From assembly GCA_039819095.1 (NCBI GenBank), contig JBCBSP010000003.1, positions 169,835 to 233,834 of the forward strand: DNA of 64,000 nucleotides, given 5' to 3'. The stretch is from Pseudomonadota bacterium. Its GTDB lineage: Bacteria > Pseudomonadota > Alphaproteobacteria > Caulobacterales > Maricaulaceae. Below are positions 43,629-55,084 of the stretch, piece by piece; position 1 is the stretch's first letter; each line of letters starts with the position of its first letter. The notes beneath the pieces are model-generated. The model saw nothing but the letters and a program-made list of their open reading frames with translations. It did not search any database and had not been told where the DNA came from. A program made the translations under genes and the position numbers.

Positions 43629-44773
43629 GTGCGCCCCTCGCGCCACTGGGGCTGTATATGCACTGGCCGTATTGCGCGCGGATCTGTCCCTATTGCGATT
43701 TCAACGTCTATCGCGCGCGCGGACGCGATGGCGACGCGCTTACTCATGCTATCATCGCCGACATGAAGCGCTGGCGGGACATCACCGGCGCGCGCGCGCT
43801 GACCAGCCTGCATTTCGGCGGCGGCACCCCGTCCTTGATGCCGGCCGGCGATATCGCCCGGATCATTGATGAGGCCGAGCAGCTTTGGGGCTTTGATGCC
43901 AATGCGGAGATCGGGCTGGAGGCCAATCCGAACGAGGCGGCGCGTTTCGCCGATATCGCCGCGGCTGGCGTTGAGCGCCTCTCGCTCGGCGTTCAGGCGC
44001 TCGACGACGCCAGCCTGAAACGACTCGGCCGCGATCATGACGCCGCCCAGGGGCTGGCGGCGTTCGAATCGGCCCGAGCCTTGTTCAAGCGCGCCTCTTT
44101 CGACCTCATCTATGCGCGCGAAGGCCAGACGCCGGGCGGATGGGATGCGGAGCTGGCGCAGGCGCTGGCGCGCGCGCCGGACCATATGTCGCTCTACCAG
44201 CTGACCATCGAGCCGGGCACCGCCTTCGCTCGCCAGGCCGAACGCGGCGACCTCATCGCACCAGCCGATGAGGATACGGCCCGCATGTACGAGATTGCAC
44301 AGACACTGACCGGCGAGGCCGGGCTTGAAGCCTATGAAATCTCCAACCATGCGCGCAGCAAGGCGCACCAGTCGCGCCATAACGCGCTCTACTGGCTGGG
44401 GGCGGACTGGATCGGCGTTGGGCCGGGCGCACACGCGCGCATCGGCGCGCACGCGCGCGGCGGACGTGTCGGCTATGAAGCCGCAGCGCGCCCTGATGCT
44501 TATGTTACAGGCGCGGTGCAGGGAGCCGGGCACAAAGAGGAGCGGCTTTCCGCTCTGGCCGAAGCCCAGGAGCGGATCCTGATGGGGCTTCGAATTGATC
44601 AGGGCCTGGACCGCGAGCAGCTGCGCGCTCTGACCGGACTTGATCTCAACATTGAAGCGGCGCGCGCCCACGCCCAGCAGGGCCGACTGGAGCTGACCGA
44701 CAGCCGGGCGCGGTTAACCGCTGAAGGGCGGCTCTTCGCTGACCGGGTCGGTTTCGATCTGGCTCCGGGCTGA
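43625..44773 (+). CDS. hemW: radical SAM heme chaperone HemW (HemN-like, oxygen-independent coproporphyrinogen oxidase family)
   Basis: [18 protein letters not shown] radical-SAM cluster motif, and a 4-nt overlap with rdgB. Confidence 0.9.
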   Translation: MSAPLAPLGLYMHWPYCARICPYCDFNVYRARGRDGDALTHAIIADMKRWRDITGARALTSLHFGGGTPSLMPAGDIARIIDEAEQLWGFDANAEIGLEANPNEAARFADIAAAGVERLSLGVQALDDASLKRLGRDHDAAQGLAAFESARALFKRASFDLIYAREGQTPGGWDAELAQALARAPDHMSLYQLTIEPGTAFARQAERGDLIAPADEDTARMYEIAQTLTGEAGLEAYEISNHARSKAHQSRHNALYWLGADWIGVGPGAHARIGAHARGGRVGYEAAARPDAYVTGAVQGAGHKEERLSALAEAQERILMGLRIDQGLDREQLRALTGLDLNIEAARAHAQQGRLELTDSRARLTAEGRLFADRVGFDLAPG

Positions 44774-44784
44774 AGCCGGCGCCT

Positions 44785-46320
44785 TTAGCTTTCCCGATCG
44801 GAAGGCTCCGCCTCGTCTCCGCCATGATCGCGGATAAGCTCGCTCAGAGCCGACGCGTCATCAGGCTCTTCGAACCGGGTCGGCGCCGGTTCAAGCGTCG
44901 CGAACCCGCTGCGACGGATCGTGTAGACCGCAAGGCCGCGCTCCAGCGTTCCATCCTCCCGGAAACGGAACAGCCCATCGACGCCTGAAAACCCGTCCGG
45001 GTTTTCAATGACGCTGCGCGGGGGTTCGCCTGGAGCGGCTGCGACCGCGGCGGCCAGAGAAACCGCATCATAGCCGAGCCCCGCCAGGCGCGAAGGCGGC
45101 GCGCCGTAAGCGGCTTCAAACGCGCGTTCAAACGGCGCGCGCGTCTCGGGGTCGGGCCCGGCGAACCAACCGCCGGCAAGCGCCGGCTCGCGCGCCACAT
45201 CCGCATCCCGCCACAGGCTGGTTCCGACGAATTTGACGATGAGCGGATCGATATCGGCGAAAATCATCACTGGAGCGAGGGTGCGAAGCTGATCGCCGCC
45301 CTCCGGCAACATCAGAACCTGAAAAGGATCGCCCAGCGAGGGTTCCCAGCTGCGCAGCGACAGGGCGCGAGCATCCTCCGGGTCGGCTGGCCGTACGCCA
45401 AGCGCGGCCAGCGTGCGCGCGGCCTGGGTCATGGACGCGACAGAGCCAGTATAGAACACCGGTTCACGCAGGCCCGGAATGACCTCCACCTCGATCCTTT
45501 CAGGTTCGACAGGCTCAATCGGGGCGAACGGATCGGCCGCCACCGGCTCCGGCGCATCTTCCGGCTCTGGCGCCTCGATCTCGACAATGCGCGGCTCCAA
45601 CCCTTCAGTCAGGCGTTCCACATTGTCCTGATAGGCGGCCGCGACCGCACGGCCATAGGCGCTGTCCGGCCCGACGAAGGCGAAACGCTCCGCGCCGCGT
45701 TGGCGCGCATACTCGGTGATCCGGCGCACTTCTTCCGATGGCGGAAAACTCAACAGATATACCCCGTCGCCAGCGCGATCGGGATCTGTGGAAAAGGCGA
45801 TGACGGGAATGTTTGCGCGCCGCGCCGGACCGCTGGCGCCCGCCACGGCGCCGGACAGGAGCGGGCCGAAAATCAGATCGACGCCATCCTCGGCCAAGCC
45901 CGCCGCCGCATCAGCGGCGCCGGCGCGCGTTCCCGCCGTATCGCGCGGAAGTAAGAGCACCCGCTCATCGCCCCGGGTGAAGAGCGAAAGCTCAGCAGCG
46001 CGTAAAATCTGCGCGGCTTCAGCGCGCGCCGCCGGGCTGGACGCGGAAAACGGCAGGAGCAGGCCGACGCGTACGATATCGTCAAGACCGGACATGTGGG
46101 CGGGTGTGTAAGCCGGCGGCGGGATGGGGACCGGACGCGTGACCGGTTCAGGCGGAGCGCCGATGACCGGGCGCTGAGGCTCGCCGACCGAGGGCGCGCT
46201 TGGTGGCGCGGTTTCACACGCGCTGAGCACACCGAGCGCAGCCAGACCCGCGAGTGCGGCCCTCAAACCAGTTGGCGCACCGCGTTTCAACCGCCATTCT
46301 GCCGCCATGTCGCTCGCCAT
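44785..46320 (-). CDS. lipoprotein with periplasmic-binding-protein type I fold (LpoA/LppC-like penicillin-binding-protein activator)
   Basis: Lipobox VLSAC, a Pro-rich linker, and a branched-chain-amino-acid-binding-like domain. It lies divergent to yraN, as at lpoA loci. Confidence 0.55.
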   Translation of the reverse strand: MASDMAAEWRLKRGAPTGLRAALAGLAALGVLSACETAPPSAPSVGEPQRPVIGAPPEPVTRPVPIPPPAYTPAHMSGLDDIVRVGLLLPFSASSPAARAEAAQILRAAELSLFTRGDERVLLLPRDTAGTRAGAADAAAGLAEDGVDLIFGPLLSGAVAGASGPARRANIPVIAFSTDPDRAGDGVYLLSFPPSEEVRRITEYARQRGAERFAFVGPDSAYGRAVAAAYQDNVERLTEGLEPRIVEIEAPEPEDAPEPVAADPFAPIEPVEPERIEVEVIPGLREPVFYTGSVASMTQAARTLAALGVRPADPEDARALSLRSWEPSLGDPFQVLMLPEGGDQLRTLAPVMIFADIDPLIVKFVGTSLWRDADVAREPALAGGWFAGPDPETRAPFERAFEAAYGAPPSRLAGLGYDAVSLAAAVAAAPGEPPRSVIENPDGFSGVDGLFRFREDGTLERGLAVYTIRRSGFATLEPAPTRFEEPDDASALSELIRDHGGDEAEPSDRES

Positions 46321-46416
46321 GATCCGCCCTTTCCTCGCGCCGGACGCCGCCGGCGATCCTGACCGGCAAGCTAGCCGTCAGGACCGGGACCGGCAACAGC
46401 GCGTCAGCGCCGACTG

Positions 46417-46815
46417 ATGGCCTCGCGACACGCCAAAGACAGACGCCGCAGGGCGGAGCGGCGGGGCCGGCGGGCCGAGTTCGCCGCGCAGTTGCTGCTG
46501 CGGATGAAGGGCTGGCGGATCCTCGATCAGCGCGCCCGCACCGGGGCCGGGGAAATCGATATCGTCTGCCGGCGCGGAGCGACCCTGGCCTTTATCGAGG
46601 TAAAGGCGCGCGCCGACCTTGAGACCGCGCGCGGCGCGCTGAGCCCGCGTCAGACCGATCGCCTCCTGCGCGCGGGCGCCCTTTGGCGCGCACGGCACAG
46701 CCGCTATGCCGCGCTTCAGCCACGTTACGACCTCATGCTGGTGGCGCCGTGGCGCTGGCCAAGGCATCTTGAAGGAGTGATTCGCGCCGAGGGTCGGATG
46801 ACGGCGCTGCTTTGA
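46417..46815 (+). CDS. yraN: YraN-family (UPF0102) endonuclease-like protein
   Basis: GWRILDQRARTGAGEIDIVCRRGATLAFIEVKAR is the family core motif. Confidence 0.8.
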   Translation: MASRHAKDRRRRAERRGRRAEFAAQLLLRMKGWRILDQRARTGAGEIDIVCRRGATLAFIEVKARADLETARGALSPRQTDRLLRAGALWRARHSRYAALQPRYDLMLVAPWRWPRHLEGVIRAEGRMTALL

Positions 46816-46869
46816 GATCTCAAAGCCGCTTCGCCCATCAGCCCCGCTCGCAAACCCAAGGAGCTCGCT

Positions 46870-47517
46870 ATGACCGCGCCCACACCGCTCACACTGCGTT
46901 TCATCGCGGCTGGACTGGCTGCGCTGATCGTCTCCGCCTGCGCGGTGACGCAGCCTGGCCGCTCCGTCGGTCGCGAGCTTGATGATCAGAACGCCTCGCT
47001 CTCGATCAAGGCCGCCATGCTGCGCGCGGAAGGCTATGCGCTGAACGGCGTGGACGTGGAAGTCACCGAAGGCGTCGCGCTCCTAACCGGATCCACGCCG
47101 CGCGAAGAGGATCGCACGGTCGCGGAATGCCTGGCCTGGTCCGCTCAATCGGTGCGAACCGTGGCCAATCAGGTCGTGGTCGGCGACGGACGGGGCGTGC
47201 GCGGATCGACTCGCGATGGCTGGATCACCCAGCAGGTGCGGACCCGGCTTCTGGGCGATCGCGGGGTGCGAAGCGTGAACTTCAATGTCGAGACCCGCGA
47301 CGGCGTCGTGCACCTTCTGGGCTTTGCGCGCACCCAGGCGGAGCGCGACCGGGCCGCTGCGCACGCCTCCCTGGTCGATGGGGTGCAGCAAGTCCTGCTC
47401 TATGTGCGCGTCGCCGGACAGGAAACCGCCCTGGAGCCGCGCGGCGAACGCATGGCGCTGGCCTGCGAGAACCCGGACAGCCTTCCCGGCGCGGGCGGAG
47501 AATCTGCGTCGCAATAG
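46870..47517 (+). CDS. BON-domain lipoprotein (OsmY-like)
   Basis: Lipobox IVSAC and two BON-like repeats (VDVEVTEGVALLTGSTP and VNFNVETRDGVVHLLGFA). Confidence 0.7.
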   Translation: MTAPTPLTLRFIAAGLAALIVSACAVTQPGRSVGRELDDQNASLSIKAAMLRAEGYALNGVDVEVTEGVALLTGSTPREEDRTVAECLAWSAQSVRTVANQVVVGDGRGVRGSTRDGWITQQVRTRLLGDRGVRSVNFNVETRDGVVHLLGFARTQAERDRAAAHASLVDGVQQVLLYVRVAGQETALEPRGERMALACENPDSLPGAGGESASQ

Positions 47518-47727
47518 CGCCGCTTTCGCCAAAAAATCAACTTCAAACCGCCCGGCTCGCTCCAGGGGCGAAAAATTAGCTTGACGGCGCAGAGCCAGCT
47601 GTTCTTTAGTTGTTCCTGTTTTGAGCTGCTGTGTTCCGCCGGGTGTGGATAAGGAGTGCGGTGCAAAACGCTTTGGTGATTTCGTTCACTGAGTTTGTAT
47701 TGGATTTGTTCGCATGGGGCTCCCGCC

Positions 47728-49266
<1,539 letters not shown>

Positions 49267-49355
49267 CCTCCGCCCAATGGTCAAGACTTTAGGCCCGACC
49301 CCGGCGAGCTCCTATCACCAGCGCTTCGTTAACCGGGCGGGGCTAGCCTGATTGC

Positions 49356-51251
49356 ATGACGCCCGGCGACCGCACAGACCCCGATAGCGCAGCCCGCGAC
49401 GGTGACGTTCGCGGTCCGATGGAGCGTGAGCGCGCGGCCTCGCTCGCCTTCGAGGCGATGGTCGAACCGGTGATGGCGCGCGATGACGCTGGACGGATCA
49501 CCCTGGTGAACCGGGCCTTCCTTCGCACGTTCGGCGGCAGGCAGGCGGACTGGATCGGGGTCTGGTTCGCTGCAGCGCCGGCTTCGGGACAGGGCGTCGA
49601 TCTCAGCCAGGTGAACGGCCCGCGACGCTACGATGTTCACATGGCGACCCGCGATGGCGCGGCCTGGATCGAGTGGACAGAGAGCCCGACTCCCGGCGGC
49701 GGTTCGGTCGCCGTGGGCCGCGATGTTACCGCCGCACGCCAGGCGAGCGCCGCGATCAGCGAGGCGGCGCAGGGCAAATCGGTTTTCTTCGCAGCCGTCA
49801 CGCACGAGCTGCGAACGCCGCTATCGGGCGCGCTGGGTCTGGCCAACCTGCTTGCGGACACTCAGCTGAAGCCCGACCAGCGGGCCTATGTCGAGGGGCT
49901 GAAATCCAGCGCCGGTCACGCCCTGGCCCTGATTGATGATATTCTCGACCTGTCCCGGCTGGAGGCCGGCAAGCTCGCCCTGCGCGCTGAGCCCGTCGAC
50001 CCTGTCGGCCTGATGGAAATGGTGTGCGAACTGCTGGCGCCGAAGGCGCATGAGAAAGGTCTGGAGCTTGCCCACGCCGTCGATTCTGAAGCGCCGCGCC
50101 TGATCAAGACCGATCCGGGTCGGCTGAAGCAGATCCTGTTCAACCTGATCGGCAACGCCGTGAAGTTTACCCAAACCGGCGGCGCTCTGGTCACGCTCGA
50201 AGCGGTGGCCGGCACGCTGCGCTTCACCGTTCTGGACACCGGGCCGGGCATCGCCGCAGAGAACCAGACCCGCTTGTTTGAACAGTTCGAACGCGGCGCT
50301 GCTGATGACAGCCCTGTGGCCGGCGCCGGGCTTGGGCTGGCCATGGTGCGCCGGCTCGCCGAAGCGATGCACGGCTCGGTCGGGCTTCATTCAGAACCCG
50401 GCTCCGGAGCCGCCTTCTGGTTCGCCTTCGAGCCTGAGTTGATCGAACCGGCCAGCTCCGATCAACCGCTACACGACAGAGCGATCATCGTCGCCTCTCC
50501 GAGCACGCTGCGTCGTAATGCTTTGCGCCGCCAGAGCGAGACGCTCGGCGCCCGCGTAACCGAGATCGATCGGATCGAACCCGGCGGATCGCCGGCGAGC
50601 GGACCTGCTGAAAGTTGCGTACTGCTTGATGAGAGCTGGGCTGAGTTCGCGCCCGCCTTCGCACCGGCGCGAGTGCTGGTGGTCGCACGACCCGATAGCA
50701 AGGACCGCTATATCGCCAAGGCCGCCCCGCCGGGCGTCGATGGCTGGCTTGTCGCCCCCGTTCGTCTGGGGGCCCTGGCCCAATACGCACTCAGCGGGTC
50801 CGAGCCCGCGCGAGAACCCGCTCCCGATCAAGCCACAGGCGAGGTTTTCCCCTTGGCGGGCCTCAGAATTCTCGTAGCAGAGGACGATCCGGTCAACGCC
50901 CTGATCGCGCGGCGGGTTCTGGAGCGACTGGGCGCTGAAATCCTTGAAGCGGCCAGCGGCCGAGAAGCGGTTGAAGCGGTGCGCGTTCAGGCGCCCGATG
51001 CGGCGCTGCTGGATCTGCGCATGCCGGAGCTGGACGGGCGCGCCACAGCGCGCGCCATCCGGGCGCTGCCGGCCGGAAGCGGCGGCCTGCCCTTGATCGC
51101 GCTCACCGCGAACGCCACTGAGGCGGACCGCGAAGCCTGCCTTGAAGCGGGCATGAATGAATTCCTCACCAAGCCGCTCGACGCCGAGGCGCTGACCGAA
51201 GCGCTCACCCGCTTGTGCGTTGAGCGAAACCGGGCAAGTCTGAGTGCGTAA
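49356..51251 (+). CDS. hybrid sensor histidine kinase / response regulator (PAS-HisKA-HATPase_c-REC)
   Basis: H-box FFAAVTHELRTPLSG, N-box NLIGNAVKFT, G-box GAGLGLAMV, and a receiver domain ILVAEDDPVN...LLDLRMPELDG...TANA. Confidence 0.85.
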   Translation: MTPGDRTDPDSAARDGDVRGPMERERAASLAFEAMVEPVMARDDAGRITLVNRAFLRTFGGRQADWIGVWFAAAPASGQGVDLSQVNGPRRYDVHMATRDGAAWIEWTESPTPGGGSVAVGRDVTAARQASAAISEAAQGKSVFFAAVTHELRTPLSGALGLANLLADTQLKPDQRAYVEGLKSSAGHALALIDDILDLSRLEAGKLALRAEPVDPVGLMEMVCELLAPKAHEKGLELAHAVDSEAPRLIKTDPGRLKQILFNLIGNAVKFTQTGGALVTLEAVAGTLRFTVLDTGPGIAAENQTRLFEQFERGAADDSPVAGAGLGLAMVRRLAEAMHGSVGLHSEPGSGAAFWFAFEPELIEPASSDQPLHDRAIIVASPSTLRRNALRRQSETLGARVTEIDRIEPGGSPASGPAESCVLLDESWAEFAPAFAPARVLVVARPDSKDRYIAKAAPPGVDGWLVAPVRLGALAQYALSGSEPAREPAPDQATGEVFPLAGLRILVAEDDPVNALIARRVLERLGAEILEAASGREAVEAVRVQAPDAALLDLRMPELDGRATARAIRALPAGSGGLPLIALTANATEADREACLEAGMNEFLTKPLDAEALTEALTRLCVERNRASLSA

Positions 51252-51285
51252 GCGCAAATGCCGCGCCTGAAAGGGTTTTGAGCGC

Positions 51286-52656
51286 ATGACCGACGCCACG
51301 CAGGACGAAAAACCGGCCGGGCCGGGCTGGCGCGAGGTGCTTGCCGCACTGCGCCAGCCGCGCGTGCTGATCATGCTGGCGCTCGGATTTTCCGCCGGCC
51401 TGCCCTTCCTTCTCACCGGCAACACGCTCGGCGCCTGGCTACGGGACGAGGGCACGACGCTGGCCGCGATCGGCTTCATGGGCTGGGTGGGCTTCGCTTA
51501 CTCGTTCAAGTTCCTGTGGGCGCCCCTCCTTGACCGGTTCGACCTGCCGCTCCTGTCAAGACTGGGACGCCGGCGCAGCTGGATCATCCTGGCTCAGGGC
51601 ACGGTCGCGGGCGGGCTTCTGGCCATGGTCATGGTCGGCCCGTCAGGCGGGCTGTTATTGTTCGGCGCCTTCGCGCTCGTGGTCGCATTCGCATCAGCGA
51701 CGCAGGATATCGCGGTGGACGCCTGGCGGATCGAGGCGGCTGCGGACGATGAAGAACTCGCCATGCTGTCCGCAGCCTATCAGCTGGGTTATCGCATCTC
51801 ACTTCTGATCACGAACGCGCTGATCTTCAATCTCGCCGCCGGAATTGGCTGGGAGATGAGCTATACGCTCATGGCTGCGCTCATGGGCGTGGGCCTGCTC
51901 GCCGCGCTTCTGGCCGCCGAGCCCAAGGCCGAGCGCAGCGCGGTCGGCGACGGCGCCGCCGGGCTCGCGCCGCAGGCCTCTTTCTTTACACCGCAAGGCT
52001 TCTTCGACGCTGTCGTGGGGCCCTTTATCGCCTTCTTCAAAGCCCATGGAGGCAAGGCCTTCCTCCTGCTGGCGGCCGTCAGCCTCTATCGCATGCCGGA
52101 CTTCGTCATGGGGCCGATGATCAATCCCTTCTATCTCGATCTCGGGCTGGACTGGAATGCGATCGGCGGGATGCGGGCCAGCGTCGGGCTGGTGGCGACC
52201 TTTATCGGGGTCGGCCTGGCCGGGCTCTGTGCGGTCAGGCTGGGATTCGCCAAGACATTGATCCTAGGAGCCTTCCTAGCTCCAGTGTCCAATCTGGGTT
52301 ATACGATGATGGCTTTCGCGGGGCCGGAGCTTCCGGTCTTCGCGCTCGCGCTGACGATTGAGAATATCTCCGAAGGCTTCGCCGGCACCGCCTTGATTGC
52401 CTGGATGTCGAGCCTGACCAGCTTTGGCTATGTCGCCACGCAATACGCGCTGCTCTCGTCCTTCTACACGATATTAGGCAAGTTTCTCAAAGGCTTCTCC
52501 GGGGTCACAGTGGAGAGCCTTGAAGCCCTGTTCGGCCTGATCCCCGCCTATGGGGTGTTCTTCGCCGGCACGGCAGCCATCGGCATCCCGTCGGTCTTAA
52601 TCGCGATCTGGGCGGCGCGTGTCCACGCGCGCGACAAGGCTGCCGGCTCCGCCTAA
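51286..52656 (+). CDS. ampG: AmpG-family muropeptide MFS transporter
   Basis: A 12-14 TM MFS protein with GFSAGLPFLLTGNTLGAWL, WAPLLDR..GRRRSW and ATQDIAVDAWRIE, typical of AmpG. Confidence 0.8.
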   Translation: MTDATQDEKPAGPGWREVLAALRQPRVLIMLALGFSAGLPFLLTGNTLGAWLRDEGTTLAAIGFMGWVGFAYSFKFLWAPLLDRFDLPLLSRLGRRRSWIILAQGTVAGGLLAMVMVGPSGGLLLFGAFALVVAFASATQDIAVDAWRIEAAADDEELAMLSAAYQLGYRISLLITNALIFNLAAGIGWEMSYTLMAALMGVGLLAALLAAEPKAERSAVGDGAAGLAPQASFFTPQGFFDAVVGPFIAFFKAHGGKAFLLLAAVSLYRMPDFVMGPMINPFYLDLGLDWNAIGGMRASVGLVATFIGVGLAGLCAVRLGFAKTLILGAFLAPVSNLGYTMMAFAGPELPVFALALTIENISEGFAGTALIAWMSSLTSFGYVATQYALLSSFYTILGKFLKGFSGVTVESLEALFGLIPAYGVFFAGTAAIGIPSVLIAIWAARVHARDKAAGSA

Positions 52657-54938
52657 GCCAGCCGATCGTGCGCCTCCGCCGACAGGTCGTGCGCCGCCAG
52701 AGCGGCGAGATTCATGATGTCGGAGACGCCGGCTCCCAGCCGGGCGATCTGGACCGGTTTTTCAAGCCCCAGAAGCATAGGGCCGAGCACGGTCGCCCCA
52801 CCCGCTGCGCGCAAGAGCTTGGTGGAAATGGACGCCGCATGAATGGCCGGCATGATCAGCACATTGGCGGGCCCGGAAAGTCGGGAAAACGGGAAGAGCA
52901 TGCGATGGCCGGGATCGAGCGCCACATCGGCGTTCATCTCGCCCTCGTATTCAAAGTCAGACTCGCGTGCATCCAGCAACTTGACCGCTTCCTGGATCTT
53001 GGTTGAGCGCTCGCCGGCCGGATTGCCGAAGGTGGAATAGGACAGAAGCGCCACGCGCGGCTCGACGCCAAAGCGGCGTGCGGCGGCGGCGGCTTCGCTG
53101 GCCATGTCGGCGAGCGCTTCAGCGCTGGGAAACTCGGTCACGTTGGTGTCGGCGATAAACAAGGTGCGCCCCTGGGAGAGCACCAGGCTCATCCCCATCA
53201 CGCGTTCGTTTTTGGCCGGGTCGAGGGCGAGCTGCACATCGCCCAGGGCCTGCGCGTAATTGCGCGTCACCCCGGTCACCATCCCGTCCGCGTCGCCGAG
53301 CGCGACCATGCAGGCGGCGAAGACATTGCGGTCCTGGTTGACCAGGCGTTGGACATCCCGCCGAAGATAACCCTGACGCTGAAGCCGCTCGAACAACCAC
53401 TCGGCATAGTCGGCATTCTTGTCCGACAGACGCGCATTGACGATTTCGATCGCGTCTTCGGGCACGCCGACAAGGCGCATATTCGCCTTGGCGGTGTCCT
53501 CGCGACCGATCAGTACGGCATGACCGAGATCCTGCTGCTGGAAGGCGTATGCGGCCCGGATGACGCTGGCCTCCTCGCCTTCAGCGAACACGATGGTCTT
53601 GCGCGGGCGGGCGCGCACCTCGTCCTGAATGCCCTGTAGAATCGCGGCGGTGGGGTCCAGCCGGCGGGCAAGGGCGGCGCGATAGCCATCCATATCGGAA
53701 ATGGGCTTGCGCGCCACGCCGCTATCCATCGCCGCCTGGGCGACATAGGGCGGGACATGGCTGATCAGGCGTGGATCAAACGGCGCCGGGATGATGTATT
53801 CGCGCCCGAAGCTTGGCCGGGAGCCGTGATAAGCGGCGGCCACCTCATCAGGGACATCTTCCCGCGCCAGTTCCGCCAGCGCCTTGGCGGCGGCAACCTT
53901 CATGTCTTCATTGATAGTGCGGGCGCGCACATCCAGAGCACCGCGGAAAATATAGGGGAAACCTAGCACATTATTGACCTGATTGGGGTAATCAGACCGT
54001 CCGGTCGCCATGATCGCGTCGGAACGCGCCTCACGAACCTCTTCCGGCAGAATCTCCGGATCGGGGTTGGCCATGGCGAAAATGATCGGATCGGCGGCCA
54101 TGGATTTGACCATGGCCTTGTCCACCGCACCCTTCACCGAAAGCCCGATAAAGCAGTCAGCCCCGTCCAGCGCTTCGGCCAGCATGCGCGCCGGCGTGTC
54201 GGCGGCGTGGGCGGACTTCCACTGATTCATGCCCGCCTCGCGGCCCTTGTAGATGACGCCGCGCGAGTCGCACAGAACCGCATTATCATGCGCCACGCCC
54301 ATGGATTTGAGCAGTTCCAGAACCGCAATCCCGGCAGCGCCGGCGCCATTGACGACCACTTTCAGCTTGGCGATGTCGCGGCCGGTGAGCTCGCACGCAT
54401 TGATGATGCCGGCCGCCGTTATGATGGCGGTGCCGTGCTGGTCGTCATGAAAGACCGGAATATCCAGCGCCTCACGCAGGCGTTCTTCGATGATGAAGCA
54501 ATCCGGACCCTTGATGTCTTCCAGATTGATCCCGCCGAAGCTTGCGCCGAAACGGCGCACGCACTCCACAAAGGCGTCCGGGTCCTTCTCGTCCACCTCG
54601 ATGTCGAGACCGTCAATATCGGCGAAGCGTTTGAACAGCACCGCCTTGCCTTCCATGACCGGTTTCGACGCGGCCGCCCCGAGATCGCCGAGCCCGAGAA
54701 TGGCGGTGCCGTTGGAGATCACGGCGACCAGATTGCCCTTGGAAGTGTAGTCATAGCTGGCGTCGATATCCTCAGCGATCGCCTTGACCGGCGCGGCGAC
54801 GCCCGGCGAGTAGGCAAGCGAGAGATCGCGCTGTGTCGCCATCGGCTTGGTGGCGCGAATCGCGACCTTGCCGGGCTGCGGATAGCGGTGGAAGGAAAGC
54901 GCTTCCTCGTCATCGACGCGGGAGGTGCGGTCGCTCAT
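52653..54938 (-). CDS. maeB: NADP-dependent malic enzyme with C-terminal phosphotransacetylase-like domain
   Basis: ALSFHRYPQPGK..., LSLAYSPGVA, VVVNGAGAAG, and a PTA-like C-terminal half. Confidence 0.95.
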   Translation of the reverse strand: MSDRTSRVDDEEALSFHRYPQPGKVAIRATKPMATQRDLSLAYSPGVAAPVKAIAEDIDASYDYTSKGNLVAVISNGTAILGLGDLGAAASKPVMEGKAVLFKRFADIDGLDIEVDEKDPDAFVECVRRFGASFGGINLEDIKGPDCFIIEERLREALDIPVFHDDQHGTAIITAAGIINACELTGRDIAKLKVVVNGAGAAGIAVLELLKSMGVAHDNAVLCDSRGVIYKGREAGMNQWKSAHAADTPARMLAEALDGADCFIGLSVKGAVDKAMVKSMAADPIIFAMANPDPEILPEEVREARSDAIMATGRSDYPNQVNNVLGFPYIFRGALDVRARTINEDMKVAAAKALAELAREDVPDEVAAAYHGSRPSFGREYIIPAPFDPRLISHVPPYVAQAAMDSGVARKPISDMDGYRAALARRLDPTAAILQGIQDEVRARPRKTIVFAEGEEASVIRAAYAFQQQDLGHAVLIGREDTAKANMRLVGVPEDAIEIVNARLSDKNADYAEWLFERLQRQGYLRRDVQRLVNQDRNVFAACMVALGDADGMVTGVTRNYAQALGDVQLALDPAKNERVMGMSLVLSQGRTLFIADTNVTEFPSAEALADMASEAAAAARRFGVEPRVALLSYSTFGNPAGERSTKIQEAVKLLDARESDFEYEGEMNADVALDPGHRMLFPFSRLSGPANVLIMPAIHAASISTKLLRAAGGATVLGPMLLGLEKPVQIARLGAGVSDIMNLAALAAHDLSAEAHDRLA

Positions 54939-55084
54939 GGCGTGAATTCCGTTCAGACAGTGCAGGCGGGTACGCGCAGCCTAAAGGGTTCTGGCGCCGG
55001 GGCAACACGGCGGACCTGTGTACGAGCGGCGCAGATCGGACAAACCCGGCTTGATGCGCCAGCCGGCGCGTTTACCTTGCCGTC

